Shown here piece after piece: positions 29,250-37,559 of a stretch of 64,000 nucleotides of DNA. Source of the DNA: a virus. Position 1 is the first letter of the stretch, and every line of letters starts with the position of its first letter. The position numbers were made by a program, and so were the translations under genes. Below the pieces are notes generated by a model. That model was given only the letters and a program-made list of their open reading frames with translations. It was not told the origin of the DNA and did no database searches. The DNA lies in IMG/VR virus record IMGVR_UViG_3300023174_000090, positions 1 to 64,000 of that record; one strand, given 5' to 3'.

Positions 29250-30149
29250 ATGAAAAAAATCAAATCAACAACAAAAAATATTCATAAAACATTTACTGAA
29301 TCCTCATCCCATCGATCAAAAGATTCTACTGATTATATCAAATTAGCACAGACTCCGGAATATGGTTCGTGTACTGTTGAATACAAAAGAAACAATGTTA
29401 TTGTTATAACCCCGAAAGACCCAAGTATACCAAGAAGAACGGTTCATGCTGGACAAAAAGCAGAACACCCTCTTCGTAGGTGGTTGGCTGCTATGAAAGA
29501 TTATGTAGAAACTGGAAAAAAAAGTTCTGCTTTAACTGCACCTTCGGAAGTAAGTAGTGTAGTTCCAAAAAAAGAAATTAAATCCATTGAAAATATGTCA
29601 AAAAAGGAAAGAAAAGCTCATATGAGATCACAAAAAGAATTTAGAGAAGGTATTTTAAATATTATAAAAGGTTCTAATGCAAAAGATTGTGATATTCCTT
29701 TTATTAAATCATTTTATTCTAGCCTTATAAAAGAACAGGAAGAAGAGGTACCTGCCTCTGATGTTCTCGATCAAAAAACTCCTGATGATTTCACACCAGA
29801 TAGAACTCGAAAGGATTATGAAGATTCTTTAGAGCCACAAACTGATAAAGAATCATTCGATATTGAGGGATTAGATCCAAATATTTCTACTGAAAGTATT
29901 AAAAAAATCAAAGAGTGGTCTGGTAAATTAGATAAATTTGCAGAATTTTTAAACGATCCTACAGATCAATCCTTACATAAAATTCTTGCCGATAATGATA
30001 AACCGGGAAGTTTGCTTCGTGGTATAACTAGAAAAGCATCTGATTCTATTACTCGTATTGCAGGAGAAATTGAAAAGTTAAAAGAAGTTTTAAATTCTTT
30101 TATTATCATGGCTCCCAAAAAATTAAGAGATTCAGAACAATTGCAATAA
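29250..30149 (+). CDS. Hypothetical late protein
   Basis: 299 aa; TATAAATA upstream; basic N-half, acidic middle, helical C-terminus. Confidence 0.6.
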   Translation: MKKIKSTTKNIHKTFTESSSHRSKDSTDYIKLAQTPEYGSCTVEYKRNNVIVITPKDPSIPRRTVHAGQKAEHPLRRWLAAMKDYVETGKKSSALTAPSEVSSVVPKKEIKSIENMSKKERKAHMRSQKEFREGILNIIKGSNAKDCDIPFIKSFYSSLIKEQEEEVPASDVLDQKTPDDFTPDRTRKDYEDSLEPQTDKESFDIEGLDPNISTESIKKIKEWSGKLDKFAEFLNDPTDQSLHKILADNDKPGSLLRGITRKASDSITRIAGEIEKLKEVLNSFIIMAPKKLRDSEQLQ

Positions 30150-30151
30150 AT

Positions 30152-31111
30152 TTAATACATATTATCTATAATAGTATTAAAATGTATTTCATCTAGATTT
30201 TCAGAAACCGCCCATTCGTTAAAATCTTTGTATGGAACATCTATCCATTTAAAAATAGATTCTCCGTTCATTACTTTCGACTTTGTGAGTTCTTTTGAAG
30301 TGCTATCCACCTTTGGATTATCTAAAACCCACACCTTTTTATGAAAAGGAAATGCGTTTAATTGAATTTTTTGCTTTTCTGTTAAGGTCAACCCCGCAAC
30401 GGCAACGCCATTTTTAACCATCATCGCATCAATTGGACCTTCAAACAAAAATATATATTCAAAAGTAGGGTCTACTCTTTCAATTCCAAATAAACTCTTT
30501 TCGTGTCCAATTTTATTTAAATACCTAGGCTCGGAACCATCTAAAGAGCGGGTTTGATAAAATATAATCTTTCCAGACAGATCATAATACGGAATACAAA
30601 GCCTATTTGAATGAATAAAATCTTTAAATGATATAAAATACAAAGGACTTCTATTGATAGCGGTGTCGAGTTTTCTACTTTTTATATAATCCAAAGATTT
30701 TCTAAAAAACTCATTTTTATTATAAAAATTATTCTGTTTAGAATCTAAAATATTTACAGAATCATATGGAAGACTTTCAATTTTCTTGTTAACCGTCTTT
30801 TTTTGTTTGAGAATAATATGCCTTGATATGTCTATCGAAGATTCACCGCAATACAATTCCTGAATAATTTCTTCTTTAGATAAAGCGCATATTTCGCCTA
30901 TCCAATTGATATAATTCCAATGTTTTGAACAATTAAAACAAAAAAAGGAGTTACTTTCTGGATAAAAAAACAAACGTTTCTTTTTTAACCAAGACTTGCC
31001 TTCTCTACACGATGGACATGAACCATTATATGTATTTGTAAACTTATTATACGTGGGGTTTCCTGCGTGGGAATAGAATTTTTCTACAATATAGCTAGTC
31101 TTGTTGTCCAT
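30152..31111 (-). CDS. gp61: DNA primase, T4 gp61-like
   Basis: Zn finger CPSCREG...FFCFNC; RLCIPYY...YQTRSL; TOPRIM FEGPIDAM, VLDN, KDFNE. Confidence 0.92.
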   Translation of the reverse strand: MDNKTSYIVEKFYSHAGNPTYNKFTNTYNGSCPSCREGKSWLKKKRLFFYPESNSFFCFNCSKHWNYINWIGEICALSKEEIIQELYCGESSIDISRHIILKQKKTVNKKIESLPYDSVNILDSKQNNFYNKNEFFRKSLDYIKSRKLDTAINRSPLYFISFKDFIHSNRLCIPYYDLSGKIIFYQTRSLDGSEPRYLNKIGHEKSLFGIERVDPTFEYIFLFEGPIDAMMVKNGVAVAGLTLTEKQKIQLNAFPFHKKVWVLDNPKVDSTSKELTKSKVMNGESIFKWIDVPYKDFNEWAVSENLDEIHFNTIIDNMY

Positions 31112-31122
31112 TATAATTTTGC

Positions 31123-31151
31123 ATTATAGAACAACCTCTTTAGTTTGTCAA
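31123..31151 (-). promoter_or_regulatory. Consensus sigma70 promoter for primase
   Basis: Minus strand reads TTGACA-N17-TATAAT, 11 nt before the primase ATG. Confidence 0.85.
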
Positions 31152-31153
31152 TT

Positions 31154-31978
31154 CTACTTCTTCCAAAATTTTCTACCGAAATAATCTTCTCTATCACCCC
31201 AAGAAGACATGTCATCATTGTTTGTGGTGTCTACTGTTCTTTTAAAAGTGTCTTCTATTTCAGGGCTATCGTCGAGTGGGTTTGAGTCGCCTTCATCTAA
31301 GTCTGGATCTAAAACCGGAATGTCATCAGATTCAGAATCTCTTATATAAATTTCATTTCCTACTTTATCTATAATGCCTTTTGCAAGCATGGAATCCAAT
31401 ATATCTTCTGAGTTAGGAAACTGGGCTTCTATGTCTCTGACTGTTGTGGTTTCTTCTGATTGTTTTATAAAATTATATATAGAGGATTCAGCGGTTGTCA
31501 TTCCCCATACATCTTCCTCGGATTTAATCATTCCTGTATATTCAGAATCATTTTCGAAAGAATCTTCCATTTCTTCTCCTTTTGAGGCCAATCCATATTC
31601 TTTATGAACAATTAAATTTATAATAGATTTTGCAAATCTTTCTACATATGTTTTTCTCTTTTCTCCTTTATAGGAATAAAAATTATCTAAAATACTTGAT
31701 ATTAAACCTCTTAAAGATGTAAAATCTGTTGGGCTATTTTCTTTAATCGATTCTGCTATCTCTCGAAGTGTAGATTTTATTTGATTTGAATCTAGATTTC
31801 CGTATCGAGGACTACCTTCCCAGCTTGTTATTAAAACATCAAAGTCTCCATCATTTAATTTTTGAAGCATTTTATCTGCATTTATTTGTATTAATGCAAA
31901 TTTATCAATATTAGATGTTCTTGCTTCTTTTAAATAATATTCTTGAGTGTAGTGTTCAATTAAAGTATCAAATTTCAT
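31154..31978 (-). CDS. Hypothetical acidic late protein (winged-helix-like segment; candidate internal head protein)
   Basis: MKFDTLIEH...LKE start; TAESSIYNFI...ILDSMLAKGIIDKVG; TAAATA upstream. Confidence 0.55.
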   Translation of the reverse strand: MKFDTLIEHYTQEYYLKEARTSNIDKFALIQINADKMLQKLNDGDFDVLITSWEGSPRYGNLDSNQIKSTLREIAESIKENSPTDFTSLRGLISSILDNFYSYKGEKRKTYVERFAKSIINLIVHKEYGLASKGEEMEDSFENDSEYTGMIKSEEDVWGMTTAESSIYNFIKQSEETTTVRDIEAQFPNSEDILDSMLAKGIIDKVGNEIYIRDSESDDIPVLDPDLDEGDSNPLDDSPEIEDTFKRTVDTTNNDDMSSWGDREDYFGRKFWKK

Positions 31979-31990
31979 ATTAAATATTAT

Positions 31991-32635
31991 TTATCTATTA
32001 GGAACGTAAATATCTGAAATTAAACTTTGATCTTCTTCATATGCTTTACCTTCTAAGGTTAGATACATTTCTGTAAGTTTAATTCTTTCTTCTCTATTTC
32101 CAAATATTTCTATAATCGGAGGAGTGTCTTCTACAGGAAAAATTCTTCCATCTTGTTGTTGATATGATTTTAAAAATATTTTAAATATATTATCAATTTC
32201 TTCTCTATAAATCAAATCATCATCCCGCATCTCGTCTTTTTGAAAATCTACGGGAGAAAATTTTGTTATAGGAAAAAAGAAAATAATATCAAAGGACTTT
32301 AATGCTTCTCGTACTATAATCCTAGATTCATCCAAGTTTTTATCGGATATTTTACCATTTAAATTCAACCAACTAGAATATGCCAGATTATCTAAAATAC
32401 ACCTATCGAATATTACGTTATCTGTCCTAGAATATTGCTGTGATTCGTCCAAAAGAGCATTTAAAATTTCTCTCTGAGACTCTTCTGTTCCGTTTTTTGA
32501 GTGTGCGAGGTTTTTATCTTTAATAAAATCCCTATAAGTTTTTTCTGGAGTCTTATAATTTGTCCATTTTTTAAGGAAATCTTCAATGTATGTGCTTTTT
32601 CCTTGGCAGTGTGTTCCTGATATTGCTATTTTCAT
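31991..32635 (-). CDS. P-loop kinase (AAA_28 / dNMP-kinase-like)
   Basis: MKIAISGTHCQGKST Walker A; IFDRCILDNLAY; RDDDLIYREEID. Confidence 0.75.
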   Translation of the reverse strand: MKIAISGTHCQGKSTYIEDFLKKWTNYKTPEKTYRDFIKDKNLAHSKNGTEESQREILNALLDESQQYSRTDNVIFDRCILDNLAYSSWLNLNGKISDKNLDESRIIVREALKSFDIIFFFPITKFSPVDFQKDEMRDDDLIYREEIDNIFKIFLKSYQQQDGRIFPVEDTPPIIEIFGNREERIKLTEMYLTLEGKAYEEDQSLISDIYVPNR

Positions 32636-32637
32636 AA

Positions 32638-32901
32638 TTAAATTCTGGTTTGTAGTTCTGGAAAATATTGTAAAAATTCATCTTCACCTACGTTACAGGA
32701 AGAATCCATTTCTACATTTTTACATAAAATGTTAGGATACGAAGATCTAAGTTTAATTGCTAAATTAGCAATTGTGTCATATTCTTCTTTATACCAATTG
32801 CTTGTTATAGGATACAAAGAGGAATATAATAAAGACTCTAGTAAAATTCTGTATTCGTTTTCAGATAAATTTTCAATATTCATTGATTTGAATATTAACA
32901 T
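32638..32901 (-). CDS. Hypothetical protein
   Basis: 87-aa ORF in the operon; start could be the ATG at 32883. Confidence 0.5.
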   Translation of the reverse strand: MLIFKSMNIENLSENEYRILLESLLYSSLYPITSNWYKEEYDTIANLAIKLRSSYPNILCKNVEMDSSCNVGEDEFLQYFPELQTRI

Positions 32902-32925
32902 ACTTAAATTTAAAAATCAAATATT

Positions 32926-33273
32926 TTATTCAGTTTCCGGAATTGTTTCTATTTTTCCCAAAAAAGTCATTAATTTATTTTCAATTTTATTTAATAATTT
33001 TAAATCATCCGTATCTATAGTTATATTTGATAATGCTCTTTGTTCTTCAAAATCAGAAGATAATGATTTGTATATAGCTTTTTTAAGTGCTTTTAACAAA
33101 GTTTTATATTTTATAACATCTAATGCAACGTCTTCTTCTTCTGGAAGTGCGCTATTGATTGTATCATCCATTTGCAATGGTGATATTTCAACGGGATTTT
33201 TTTCTTTTTTATCAGAGTTTATGTCATCTTGCTCTTTTAATACAGATTCTAAAAGTTTTAAAAATTTGCTCAT
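32926..33273 (-). CDS. Hypothetical late protein (candidate internal head protein)
   Basis: MSKFLKLLESVLKE start; TAAATA upstream. Confidence 0.55.
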   Translation of the reverse strand: MSKFLKLLESVLKEQDDINSDKKEKNPVEISPLQMDDTINSALPEEEDVALDVIKYKTLLKALKKAIYKSLSSDFEEQRALSNITIDTDDLKLLNKIENKLMTFLGKIETIPETE

Positions 33274-33320
33274 TTAAATATTATTTACCCTAACCTTGAG
33301 GTAAATATAGATATTAATAT

Positions 33321-36300
33321 ATGGCTTCAAAGAAAATTAGTCAATTACCATTAAACACTTCAAGTTTACCAACAAGTGCTGTTATAATAACAAATATAGG
33401 AGGTGTTACGTACCAATCTCCTCTTTCTGCATTAGTAGATCCTTCCCCCTATAAATTTTCTAATACAAATAGTAATGCAATTATTCCAAAATTAGGAAAT
33501 AATACTTCTTCTGGATATTATTCAAATGTTTCTGGTGGTAGTTATAATATTGCTTCTGGAAATTGTTCAAATGTAAATGGTGGTAGTTTTAATACTGCTT
33601 GTAAGGGTTTTTCAAATGTAGCAGGAGGTTATTGCAATACTGCTTCTGGATATTATTCGAATGTAGCTGGTGGCATGAATAATACTGCGTCCGGAGATTA
33701 CTCTAGTGTTTCTAATGGTCTTGAAAATATTTCTTCTGCAAATTATTCAAATATAGTTGGTGGTGTTTTAAATACTGCTTCTGCATATGCTTCAAACATT
33801 GCTGGGGGTTGGGGGAATAACGCCTCAAACGATTATTCAAACGTTGCTGGTGGCAGGTCTAATACTGCTTCTGCATGTTATTCAAACGTAGCTGGGGGTT
33901 ATATTAATACTGCTTCTGGATGTTATTCAAACGTTGCTGGAGGACGTAATAATACTGCTTCTAATTATATTTCGAATGTTGCGGGTGGTGGTTATAATAC
34001 TGCTTCTGGATATTATTCAAATATTACTGGTGGTTATGGTAATACTGCTTCTGGATATTCTTCAACTATTGCGGGTGGTTTTTGTAATACTGCTTCTGGT
34101 CGTTATTCTTCAATTTTAGGCGGACGTAACAACAATACCAACAACCAATGCAATACGTTTATTTTAGGTTCTAATATAACAGCAAATGCACAAGATACTA
34201 CATATGTAAATAATTTATTTGCTACTAATAATATTGTAATTCAAGGTTCTTTGAGTGCTGCTGGAGGTGCGACATTTGCAGATACTGTTTTTACAACCAC
34301 TAGCGCATTAAGTGTTGTTAATTTAGGTGTTGGTCCTGCTTTATATGTATATCAAGCATCTGGTCCGTATGATGTTGCTTCATTTGTTGATGGAGACGGT
34401 ATAGAAGTTTTACACGTTGGTAATGCAAATTTTGGTCAAACCGGAAAAATTGGTATAAATCAAAGTTTTCCTAATAAAGAATTAACAGTTACTGGAGAAA
34501 TCAGTGCAACTGGAATTATTTATGCTTTAAGCGGAAATAGTTCTAGTTGGAATTCTGTTTATAATTCAGTTTTATCAAATTCTGCTAATAATGCTTCTAT
34601 AAATTATGTAAATTCCAATTATCTTCCATTAACCGGAGGAACTATAATAGGTGAGGTTAATGTTCTATCGGGATTGAACGCGGGTTATGGAAATTTAACA
34701 CTAGAAATAAATGAAAATAGTGTTTCTGTATATGGCCCGTTAAGTTCTAACAATACAATTTATGATTCTGTTGGAAATTCAACAGAATGGAATTCTGTTT
34801 ATACTACAGTATATAATACTTCGGCTGATTGGGATTCTACATATACAAATCAAACAAATTATTTACCATTAAGCGGTGGAACAATAACAGGTGACGTTAC
34901 TATTTTATCTGGTTTAGAAGTTGGGTATGGAAATTTAACACTAGAAATAAATGAAAATAGTGTTTCTGTATATGTACCGTTAAGTTCTAACAATGCAATT
35001 TACGATTCTGTTGGAAATTCAAATCAATGGAATTCTGTTTATACTTCTGTTCTAAATACGTCTGCTAGTAATGCTTCTATAAATTATGTTAATTCTAATT
35101 ATCTTCCATTAACCGGAGGAACAATAACAGGTCCGGTTGAAATAAATGCATCAGAGGTTGATAATGTATTAAAATTAAAAGGAAAGTATGGCGGTTATTT
35201 AGACATAGTATTAACCGATGAGTCTTTTACAGCTGGATATCCTGCTCCGGTTGGATCTATTGGATCATCCGGTGAGGGATTTTCTGTAAAATATGGAGTA
35301 GGAGATACTCAATGGGGTAAGGTTGTTTATAGTACTAATTTTGACGAGGGCGATGAAGCTACTATTAAAAATCTAAAACTAGAAAAATTAAAAGATGGTA
35401 ATAACAATTTTGTTTTAGATACGACTGGTGGGTTTAATGTTTATAATACTGCTAATTCAAATAAAGCTATAGAAATTGTTGATAATCAACTTTTATATAA
35501 TGTTTCTAATGAAGTAGTATTAGATTTTACAGATAAATTTTATATTAAAAAAAACACAAGAATAGATGCAGATGTTACTATTTTTGGAAACCTTACATCA
35601 ACTGGCACTCAAACATTTGCAAATACTATATTCTCGACAACAAGTTCATTAAGTGTTTATCATGTTGGAACCGGACCAGCATTATGGGTCGGTAACTATG
35701 GAACTGGTGATATTGCTTCCTTTTATGACTTAGATAAAAATATAGAAATTCTTCATGTCGGAGGAAATGATGGAATATTTCCTAATGTTGGTGTTAAAAC
35801 ATCTTATCCTAATAAAGATTTTACAGTTAACGGAGAAATTAGTGCTTCTGGTGATATATGGACATCTGGAAGAATTATTTCTGATATTATCGAAACAGGA
35901 TCAGGAAGTATTACACTCTTTGTTTCTTCTGGGCTTGTTGGTATTAATACAGAACTTCCAAATAAATCTCTTACAGTTAACGGAGAAATTAGTGCTTCTG
36001 GTGATATATGGACATCTGGAAGAATTATTTCTGATATTATCGAAACAGGATCAGGGAGTATTACACTCTTTGTTTCTTCTGGGCTTGTTGGTATTAATAC
36101 AGAACTTCCAAATAAATCTCTAACAGTTAACGGAGAAATTAGTGCTTCTGGAATTATTTATGCCTTAAGTGGAAATAGTTCTAATTGGAATTCTGTTTAT
36201 TCATCATGGGAAACTGCATCTGCAACTTCTATTGTTTCTTACAATGATACTAGATTTTCAAAACTTTCTAGCCAAGCATATAAATTAACATATCCTAGGC

Positions 36301-37310
36301 TTTCGATAAGTCCTATAAATGGAAATAATACTGCTTCTGGATATTATTCAAATGTAAATGGTGGTTATGGTAATAATGTACTTGGAGATTATTCAAGCAT
36401 AGGTGGCGGTATTTGTAATAATGCGTCTGGATATGTTTCGACAATTTCTGGTGGTAGAAGTAATACTGCTTCTGGATGCAAATCAACAGTAAGTGGTGGT
36501 TATTGTAATAGTTCTTGTGGATATAGTTCAACAGTTTCTGGTGGTTGTTGTAATACTGCTTTTGGATATGCTTCTAATGTTTCTGGTGGTATATCTAATA
36601 CTGCTTCTAACTATAATTCAAATGTTTCTGGTGGTAGAAGTAATACTGCTTCTGGATGTATATCAACAGTAAGTGGTGGTTGTGGTAATAGTTCTTGCGG
36701 ATATAGTTCAACAGTTTCCGGTGGTTGTTTCAATACTGCTTCTGGATGTGCTTCGAATGTTTCGGGTGGTATAGATAATACTGCTTGTGGCGATTATTCA
36801 AACGTTACTGGGGGTCGTTTCAATACGGTTTCTGGGGCGTATTCACACGTTGCTGGAGGTCGTGATAATATTGCTTCTGGAGATTATTCTGCGATATTGG
36901 GTGGTAGCTGTAATGATACCAACAATAAATCTAATACTTTTACTTTAGGTTCTAGTATAACAGCATCACAACCAAATTATACATACGTAAACAATTTATC
37001 TTCACAGAATAATATTAATGCTACTGTTATAAGCTCTATGGGTGGAAATTCAAATCAATGGAATTCTGCTTACTCAAACCAAACAAATTTTCTTCCATTG
37101 AGTGGTGGAATAATATCAGCAAACTCTTCTACAAACGCATTAACCGTTGTTGGTAATATATCTGCAACACAAAATTATTTTTCTGGAAGCAATAAATCAG
37201 TATTTACACCACAAACAAATACAGTCGGTATTAGTGCAATAAGTAATATTGTTGCTGTATCGGTTTTACCCGCAACACCAAATCCTTCAACACTATATAT
37301 TATTATATAA
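33321..37310 (+). CDS. Long modular tail fibre / adhesin
   Basis: MASKKISQLP start; two blocks of 14-aa NTASGxYSxVxGG repeats; YLPLSGG and GINT..PNK.LTVNGEISA fibre modules; C-terminal PNPSTLYII. Confidence 0.8.
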   Translation: MASKKISQLPLNTSSLPTSAVIITNIGGVTYQSPLSALVDPSPYKFSNTNSNAIIPKLGNNTSSGYYSNVSGGSYNIASGNCSNVNGGSFNTACKGFSNVAGGYCNTASGYYSNVAGGMNNTASGDYSSVSNGLENISSANYSNIVGGVLNTASAYASNIAGGWGNNASNDYSNVAGGRSNTASACYSNVAGGYINTASGCYSNVAGGRNNTASNYISNVAGGGYNTASGYYSNITGGYGNTASGYSSTIAGGFCNTASGRYSSILGGRNNNTNNQCNTFILGSNITANAQDTTYVNNLFATNNIVIQGSLSAAGGATFADTVFTTTSALSVVNLGVGPALYVYQASGPYDVASFVDGDGIEVLHVGNANFGQTGKIGINQSFPNKELTVTGEISATGIIYALSGNSSSWNSVYNSVLSNSANNASINYVNSNYLPLTGGTIIGEVNVLSGLNAGYGNLTLEINENSVSVYGPLSSNNTIYDSVGNSTEWNSVYTTVYNTSADWDSTYTNQTNYLPLSGGTITGDVTILSGLEVGYGNLTLEINENSVSVYVPLSSNNAIYDSVGNSNQWNSVYTSVLNTSASNASINYVNSNYLPLTGGTITGPVEINASEVDNVLKLKGKYGGYLDIVLTDESFTAGYPAPVGSIGSSGEGFSVKYGVGDTQWGKVVYSTNFDEGDEATIKNLKLEKLKDGNNNFVLDTTGGFNVYNTANSNKAIEIVDNQLLYNVSNEVVLDFTDKFYIKKNTRIDADVTIFGNLTSTGTQTFANTIFSTTSSLSVYHVGTGPALWVGNYGTGDIASFYDLDKNIEILHVGGNDGIFPNVGVKTSYPNKDFTVNGEISASGDIWTSGRIISDIIETGSGSITLFVSSGLVGINTELPNKSLTVNGEISASGDIWTSGRIISDIIETGSGSITLFVSSGLVGINTELPNKSLTVNGEISASGIIYALSGNSSNWNSVYSSWETASATSIVSYNDTRFSKLSSQAYKLTYPRLSISPINGNNTASGYYSNVNGGYGNNVLGDYSSIGGGICNNASGYVSTISGGRSNTASGCKSTVSGGYCNSSCGYSSTVSGGCCNTAFGYASNVSGGISNTASNYNSNVSGGRSNTASGCISTVSGGCGNSSCGYSSTVSGGCFNTASGCASNVSGGIDNTACGDYSNVTGGRFNTVSGAYSHVAGGRDNIASGDYSAILGGSCNDTNNKSNTFTLGSSITASQPNYTYVNNLSSQNNINATVISSMGGNSNQWNSAYSNQTNFLPLSGGIISANSSTNALTVVGNISATQNYFSGSNKSVFTPQTNTVGISAISNIVAVSVLPATPNPSTLYIII
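33498..34140 (+). repeat. About 15 x 42-bp (14-aa) beta-roll repeats
   Basis: Recurrent aatactgcttctggatattattcaaatgt...ggtggt units. Confidence 0.85.
35821..36151 (+). repeat. Near-perfect 150-bp tandem duplication (about 2.2 copies)
   Basis: ttacagttaacggagaaattagtgcttctgg... starts at 35821, 35971 and 36121; only 1-2 synonymous differences seen. Confidence 0.9.
36324..36920 (+). repeat. Second block of about 14 x 42-bp repeats
   Basis: NTASGxxSxVSGG units, Cys-rich variants. Confidence 0.85.
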
Positions 37311-37312
37311 AT

Positions 37313-37555
37313 ATGATTCTTAATAATATTCAAAATGGTTATATAGGAAATAAAGAAATTTCTAGAATTTATCTTGGAAATAATTTAATTTTTCCAGCCT
37401 TAAGTGGATTTTGGCAATTCACCGAAATAAATTCTACTATTACTGCATTCTCTGTTACCACAGTTCCTTCTGGTACAATAGATATTGATTGGGGAGATGA
37501 AAACGTAAGTACTATAAATTCTGGACAAACGATAAATAAAACATATACCATTTAA
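37313..37555 (+). CDS. Small fibre-associated protein
   Basis: YIGNKEISRIYLGNNLIFP (typical of genes after fibres) plus IDIDWGD...KTYT half-PKD motif. Confidence 0.65.
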   Translation: MILNNIQNGYIGNKEISRIYLGNNLIFPALSGFWQFTEINSTITAFSVTTVPSGTIDIDWGDENVSTINSGQTINKTYTI

Positions 37556-37559
37556 TTTT

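Noticed and set aside
32729-33277. 182-aa + strand ORF
   Set aside because: Antisense to two minus-strand genes that fit the operon and promoter pattern; composition typical of a shadow ORF.
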